64,000 nt of DNA, from positions 18,157 through 82,156 of the forward strand of contig JANXDG010000050.1 in assembly GCA_025059805.1 (NCBI GenBank), written 5' to 3'. This DNA comes from Endomicrobiia bacterium. GTDB taxonomy: Bacteria > Elusimicrobiota > Endomicrobiia > DTEH01. Of the stretch, positions 58,872-64,000 are shown in pieces (within the stretch, counting starts at the first letter, position 1; every line of letters starts with the position of its first letter). The notes below the pieces were generated by a model. It had not been told where the DNA came from. It ran no database searches and was given only the letters and a program-made list of their open reading frames with translations. A program made the translations under genes and the position numbers.

Positions 58872-59930
58872 TTAGGATGATATAATAGAATTATTAAAAT
58901 ATTTACTTATTAACTCTGATTTTTCTTCTTCTGCTAAAAACGCTGCTTTAATACTATTATAAACAATTTTTCTTAAATCATTTAAATCAAAGTTAAAAAC
59001 TTTTACGGCCAATTGAAACTCGTAGTTCAAATCTATACCAGAGACTGAAGGATCGTCTGTATTAAGAGTGATTTTTATTCCGTAATCATAATATTTGCGT
59101 GCAGGATGAAGATTAATATTATCTACCACTTGTGTCTGAATGTTAGAAGTTAAACATATTTCTAATGCAATATCATTATCTCTTACAAGTTTCATAATAT
59201 TTTCATCTTCATAGATATGTGTTCCATGACCTATACGCTTAGCACCTAACTCTATCGCGTGTTTTACTTCAACTGCACTTGCAGCTTCTCCTGCGTGACA
59301 GGTTATGGGTATACCAGCTGACCTTGCATACTCAAAAAATTTTTTATAGTTCAAAACTGAAAATTTTGACTCGTCACCAGCAAGGTCTATCCCTACCACA
59401 CCATTACCAAGATATTTTTCTGCCAGTTTTAATGTTTTCCAATTTTGTTCTTCAGTAATAGTGTGGTATCTATACAAACACAAAATAATACCTACACGAA
59501 TTCCAAATTTTTTTTGCCCATATTTTATTCCGTGAAGGACACTTTTAACAACTTCTTCTTCAGTGAAATCATCTCTTGTTTGCAACGGTGGTGCAAAACG
59601 TAATTCTAAGTATTTTATGTTTTCTTTTATTGCAGCATCTTCACAATTCTCGTACGCAATTCTCTCTAGAACATCTGGGAATTTTAAAAATTCATAAAAA
59701 AAATCAAAGGTCTTAAGAAAGTCAGTTAATGATTTACAGTCAGGAGATACCTGCGAATACTTTCTTAATTCTTCAATATCTTGTGTTGGTAGGTTAAAGC
59801 CATGTTCTAATGCTGCATCACGTATTGTCTCAACACGTACGGAACCATCAAGATGTCTATGAAGGTCCACTTTTGGAAGTTTGTAAATAAATTCTTCAAA
59901 GTTCATAAACGGTGGGATATTGTTATACAA
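58872..59930 (-). CDS. add: Adenosine deaminase
   Basis: LPKVDLHRHLDGS zinc-binding start, HAGE, SLNTDDP-like late motifs. Confidence 0.8.
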   Translation of the reverse strand: MYNNIPPFMNFEEFIYKLPKVDLHRHLDGSVRVETIRDAALEHGFNLPTQDIEELRKYSQVSPDCKSLTDFLKTFDFFYEFLKFPDVLERIAYENCEDAAIKENIKYLELRFAPPLQTRDDFTEEEVVKSVLHGIKYGQKKFGIRVGIILCLYRYHTITEEQNWKTLKLAEKYLGNGVVGIDLAGDESKFSVLNYKKFFEYARSAGIPITCHAGEAASAVEVKHAIELGAKRIGHGTHIYEDENIMKLVRDNDIALEICLTSNIQTQVVDNINLHPARKYYDYGIKITLNTDDPSVSGIDLNYEFQLAVKVFNFDLNDLRKIVYNSIKAAFLAEEEKSELISKYFNNSIISS

Positions 59931-59958
59931 AAAAAAGAAATGAAAATCAACCTATAGG

Positions 59959-62900
59959 CTAACTTTTAGAATTATGCCAGAATTGTAAAGAACCTACATT
60001 AAAATTAACTTTCTTAGTGAGAATATTATAATTCTTCTTTAATTCTTTTATTGATTCTATTACACACTGTGCTGCTTCCAATGTTGTTATTATGGGTATA
60101 TTGTTAACCAGAGCGTTTCTACGAATCATAAATCCATCTGAGAAAGATCTTCCTTTACCAGTCGGTGTGTTTATCACTAAGTTAACATCACGATTTAAAA
60201 TTACATCAACTACGTTTGGTCTTCCTTCGGAAAGTTTGTTAACCTTTTCACAATTGATACCATATTTAGATAAATATTCCGCTGTACCAGAAGTCGCTAT
60301 TATCTTAAAACCTAATTCTGCTAATTGTTTTGCTATTTTAACTCCTTTCTGTTTATCTTTGTTATTCAAACTTAGCAAAACTTTACCTTCTATCGGTATT
60401 TCACTGTTAGCAGCAAATTGTGATTTTGCATATGCTAACGCAAATGTTCTATCAATACCCATAACTTCACCAGTTGACCTCATTTCTGGTGATAAAACTA
60501 CATCTACATCTGCAAATTTTTGAAATGGCAAAACTACTTCTTTTACTGTATAATACTTTAAGTTAAAAATTTTGTCTTGTGAAAAATTATAATGTTTTAA
60601 TAAATCCGATAATTTATAACCTAACATAACTTTAGTAGCAACTTTTGCTATGGGTAAACCAATTGTTTTTGAAACATAAGGTACTGTACGTGACGCACGC
60701 GGGTTAACTTCAAGGACATAAATTATACCGTCTTTTATTGCAAGCTGTAAATTCATTAATCCCTTTACTTTTAATTCCCTTGCCAATAAATTTGTATACT
60801 TAAAAATCGTTTTATATTGTTGTTCTGAGATTGAAATCGGAGGTATTACACATGCGCTATCACCTGAATGTACACCAGCAGCTTCAATATGTTCCATAAT
60901 TCCAGCAATAAAAACTTCTTCACCGTCACATATAACATCAACATCAAGTTCAGTCGCATTTTCTAAAAAACGGTCAATTATTACCGCAGCAGAAGGTGCA
61001 GCAAAACGTTCCGCTTCTTCAAACAACTTTGATAAGTATGAGCTTAACGTAGTTTCATCATAAATAACTTCCATTGCACGGCCACCAAGAACATAAGATG
61101 GCCGCACAATAACAGGAAAACCAATTTTACAAGCAATTCTAATTGCTTCTTTGTAATCCCGTGCATATCCATGTTCAGGATATGGTAGTTTAAGTCTCTT
61201 TAAAACTTTTGCAAAAAGTTCTCTATCTTCTGCAAGAGATATATTCTCAGGTTGCGTCCCTAATACTTTAACATTAAAAGATTTTAACTTTAAGGCAATG
61301 TTAAGTGGTGTCTGACCACCAAACTGTAGTATTACTCCAAGAAGTTTAGTATTTGTAACTTGTGATATAATCTGTTCTGTTTTATATAAATTAAGAACAT
61401 CCTCAAATGTTATAGGCTCAAAGTAAAGTTTATCTGAAGTATCATAATCTGTGGAGACAGTTTCAGGATTACAGTTTACCATTATTGCTTCTATGTTTTC
61501 CTCTTTAAGTGCCATTACAGCATGGACACAACAATAATCAAACTCTATCCCTTGGCCAATACGGTTAGGTCCCGCACCTAATACAATAACTTTGTCTTTA
61601 TTTTTCTTTGTAAATGTTAAACTTTCGTTAAAATACGATAATTCTTCTACTGTATATTTCTGTGAACTATGAACTGTAAACTGTGAACGACTATCAACAC
61701 CGTCATAAGTAGAATAAAAATATGGCGTATATGCTTCAAATTCTGCAGCACAGGTGTCTACCACTTTATAGTTTGGCAGTAAATTTTGTTTTAAACGAAA
61801 GTTCGTAATTTCTTCTGTTTTTTTATCCAACATATACGCAATCTGATGGTCAGAAAAGCCATAGCGTTTAGCTTCCAAAAGTAATTTTTTAAATTCATCA
61901 CTTCCAAATTTTTTCTTAGATTTAGCGAATAACCTAATTCCCTGTTCTAAATCAACGATTTCTTTTATCTGATATATAAACCACTTATCAATACGCGAAA
62001 TTTTAGAAATTTCTTCAACTGACATACCAAGCTGTAACGCATATTTTATGTTAAAAACACGATCACAGTTCGGATGACGTAATTTGTATTCAACAAGTTT
62101 TAAATATTGTTGTCTTTCTTTGTTATCTTCTGGTAAACTCATCAATCTTTCAACTATTTTCACTTGACCTAACCCGTCCGCACCTAAACCATATCTACCT
62201 ATTTCTAACCCACGTAATGCTTTCTGTAGTGCTTCTTTAAAAGTTCGTCCAATAGCCATTACTTCACCTATGGACTTCATCTGTGAACCTAATATTTGAT
62301 AACTATCATTTACAACTTCGCCATTTTTTGTCACTGGTTGAAATTTTTCAAATGCAAATTTTGGTATTTTAACAACTACGTAATCTATTGTTGGTTCAAA
62401 ACATGCTGGTGTCTTCTTAGTTATGTCATTAGGTATCTCATCTAAAGTATAGCCAACAGCTAACAACGCTGCTATTTTCGCAATTGGGAAACCTGTTGCT
62501 TTTGACGCTAACGCTGAAGAACGTGACACTCTGGGATTCATTTCTATTATGACAATCCTGCCAGTTTGAGGGTTAATAGCAAATTGTATGTTAGAACCGC
62601 CAGTTTCCACACCTACAGCTCGTATACACTTAAATGCCATATCACGCATACGTTGATATTCTCTATCAGTGAGCGTCTGTGCAGGCGCAACAGTAATAGA
62701 ATCTCCAGTATGTACACCCATAGGGTCAAAATTTTCTATACTACAAACAATTACACAATTGTTTTTACAATCACGCATCACCTCTAGTTCGTATTCTTTC
62801 CAGCCATCTAAATATTCTTCAATAAGTATCTCAGATATCATTGATGACTGCAGGGCATTTTTTGCAGCTTCTACAAATTCATCTTCGTTGAAAACAATTT

Positions 62901-63438
62901 TAGAACCTGTCCCACCTAAAGTAAACGATGGACGAATAATTAACGGGAAACCAATCTTTTTTGCAATATCTACAGCTTCGGTGAGATTATAAGCAAAACC
63001 ACTTTTTGGTAAATCAAGGCCAACAGCTAACATTGTTTCTTTAAACAATTTTCTGTCCTCACCACGACGTATCGCTTCAACCTTAGCACCAATAAGTTCC
63101 ACATTGTATTTTGAAAGTATACCCAATTCGTCAAGTTTAACCGCAAGATTTAAACCTGTTTGTCCACCAAGTGTCGGAAGTAACGCATCAGGACGTTCTT
63201 TCTCTATAATTTTTTCTAACACTTCGGGAATTAGGGGTTCTATGTAAGTACTATCTGCAAATTCTGGGTCTGTCATTATAGTTGCAGGATTAGAATTAAC
63301 CAGTACAACTTTATAACCCTCTTTTTTTAACACCTTAACAGCTTGAGTACCAGAGTAATCAAATTCACAGGCCTGTCCTATAACTATAGGTCCTGAACCT
63401 ATAACAAGTATTTTTTTAATATCTTTTCTTTTTGGCAT
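59959..63438 (-). CDS. carB: Carbamoyl-phosphate synthase large subunit (carries an in-frame repeat-encoded insertion)
   Basis: Two ATP-grasp halves, [21 protein letters not shown]-like C-terminus. 1159 aa. An extra ~25 aa including SQFTVHSS lies between the oligomerisation region and the second synthetase half. Confidence 0.9.
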   Translation of the reverse strand: MPKRKDIKKILVIGSGPIVIGQACEFDYSGTQAVKVLKKEGYKVVLVNSNPATIMTDPEFADSTYIEPLIPEVLEKIIEKERPDALLPTLGGQTGLNLAVKLDELGILSKYNVELIGAKVEAIRRGEDRKLFKETMLAVGLDLPKSGFAYNLTEAVDIAKKIGFPLIIRPSFTLGGTGSKIVFNEDEFVEAAKNALQSSMISEILIEEYLDGWKEYELEVMRDCKNNCVIVCSIENFDPMGVHTGDSITVAPAQTLTDREYQRMRDMAFKCIRAVGVETGGSNIQFAINPQTGRIVIIEMNPRVSRSSALASKATGFPIAKIAALLAVGYTLDEIPNDITKKTPACFEPTIDYVVVKIPKFAFEKFQPVTKNGEVVNDSYQILGSQMKSIGEVMAIGRTFKEALQKALRGLEIGRYGLGADGLGQVKIVERLMSLPEDNKERQQYLKLVEYKLRHPNCDRVFNIKYALQLGMSVEEISKISRIDKWFIYQIKEIVDLEQGIRLFAKSKKKFGSDEFKKLLLEAKRYGFSDHQIAYMLDKKTEEITNFRLKQNLLPNYKVVDTCAAEFEAYTPYFYSTYDGVDSRSQFTVHSSQKYTVEELSYFNESLTFTKKNKDKVIVLGAGPNRIGQGIEFDYCCVHAVMALKEENIEAIMVNCNPETVSTDYDTSDKLYFEPITFEDVLNLYKTEQIISQVTNTKLLGVILQFGGQTPLNIALKLKSFNVKVLGTQPENISLAEDRELFAKVLKRLKLPYPEHGYARDYKEAIRIACKIGFPVIVRPSYVLGGRAMEVIYDETTLSSYLSKLFEEAERFAAPSAAVIIDRFLENATELDVDVICDGEEVFIAGIMEHIEAAGVHSGDSACVIPPISISEQQYKTIFKYTNLLARELKVKGLMNLQLAIKDGIIYVLEVNPRASRTVPYVSKTIGLPIAKVATKVMLGYKLSDLLKHYNFSQDKIFNLKYYTVKEVVLPFQKFADVDVVLSPEMRSTGEVMGIDRTFALAYAKSQFAANSEIPIEGKVLLSLNNKDKQKGVKIAKQLAELGFKIIATSGTAEYLSKYGINCEKVNKLSEGRPNVVDVILNRDVNLVINTPTGKGRSFSDGFMIRRNALVNNIPIITTLEAAQCVIESIKELKKNYNILTKKVNFNVGSLQFWHNSKS
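61663..61690. repeat. Tandem heptamer repeat (GTGAACT family), 4 units, inside carB
   Basis: Direct reading: gtgaact atgaact gtaaact gtgaacg. Same unit as the hisF repeat. Confidence 0.85.
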
Positions 63439-63448
63439 AAATTTACTC

Positions 63449-64000
63449 TCAACAAATTGAATACTTTTTTTCTAACAGATTAATAAATTTTTCAAATAAA
63501 TATTTTGAATCATTAGGTCCTGGAGCAGATTCCGGATGATATTGAACTGCAAAAATTGGTAATTTAATATGTTCTATCCCTTCACATGAATAGTCATTTA
63601 AATTTATGTGTGTTACTTTTAATTCTCTATTGCCTTTGACATAATATATATTATCAGCTTGTTCCATCTCTACTGCAAAATTGTGATTTTGTGAAGTAAT
63701 TTCTATCTGTCCATTGACAAAATTTTTAACTGGATGGTTAATACCGTGATGACCAAATTTAAGTTTGTAAGTTTTACCACCAAGTGCTAACGCTATCATT
63801 TGATGTCCTAAACATATACCAAAAATAGGTAAATATGTGTTAGTAGATATAGAATAAGAAATAATCTTTTCTACAGTTTTAAAAACATAAGGTACACCTT
63901 CAGGATCACCAGGACCGTTTGATAAAAATATTCCATCTGGAGAAAAACTTAGTATTTTATCTATACTAGTATCTGCTGGCACAACAATTAAATCACATCC
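63449..64000 (-). CDS. carA: Carbamoyl-phosphate synthase small subunit, C-terminal glutamine amidotransferase domain (gene continues beyond window end)
   Basis: GICLGHQ catalytic Cys motif and HPE histidine motif. Directly upstream of carB. Confidence 0.8.
   Translation of the reverse strand, partial: GCDLIVVPADTSIDKILSFSPDGIFLSNGPGDPEGVPYVFKTVEKIISYSISTNTYLPIFGICLGHQMIALALGGKTYKLKFGHHGINHPVKNFVNGQIEITSQNHNFAVEMEQADNIYYVKGNRELKVTHINLNDYSCEGIEHIKLPIFAVQYHPESAPGPNDSKYLFEKFINLLEKKYSIC

Overview
The window is an AT-rich (about 30% GC), very compactly packed bacterial chromosomal segment. Nearly every gene is on the minus strand, and many neighbouring genes overlap by 1 to 4 bp or lie within 60 bp of each other. 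All product calls below come from reading the supplied translations for motifs I recognise; I could not run any database search.

**Housekeeping content (envelope and transport genes follow).**
- Ribosome and transcription cluster secE-nusG-rplK-rplA.
- Translation-related genes argS, rsfS, mnmA.
- Nucleotide metabolism: carA (partial), carB, purF, pyrD, adenosine deaminase, a NupC transporter.
- Histidine genes hisF and hisH, separated by an unrelated CPBP membrane protease gene.
- Others: tpiA, panD, nadX-like aspartate dehydrogenase, a ClpC-type chaperone, PolX, a MoxR ATPase.
- Five tRNA genes: Ala-CGC, Cys-GCA, Met-CAT (initiator-like), Gly-TCC, Tyr-GTA.

**Envelope and transport genes indicating a diderm organism.**
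- A 1409 aa TamB/AsmA-like protein.
- Two putative outer-membrane beta-barrel proteins.
- A family-9 glycosyltransferase (GT9), a PAP2 phosphatase, a polysaccharide deacetylase.
- Type IV pilus or type II secretion ATPase (PilB) and platform protein (PilC), encoded far apart.

**Accessory or unusual content.**
- A HEPN/MNT toxin-antitoxin pair, an orphan OmpR-type regulator and an opposite-strand moaA-moaC pair, all next to a tRNA-Cys / 889 bp non-coding spacer / tRNA-Met locus.
- Three c-di-GMP enzymes. One is an apparently unusual fusion of a Cas4/AddB-like Fe-S PD-(D/E)XK nuclease domain to GAF-GGDEF, sitting at the head of a membrane/ABC-transporter gene string.
- A catabolic-looking module: a non-canonical transcarbamylase, carbamate kinase, and a zinc-ribbon threonine-synthase-like PLP enzyme.
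- A dihydropyrimidinase-like amidohydrolase directly upstream of panD.
- A Clp1-family polynucleotide kinase with unknown partner genes.
- A PHP phosphoesterase plus a PIN-PhoH (PhoH2) ATPase.
- In-frame tandem heptamer repeats (AGTTCAC)n inside both hisF and carB, and an octamer tandem repeat in the polX upstream spacer.

No CRISPR array, rRNA, transposase or integrase was seen.
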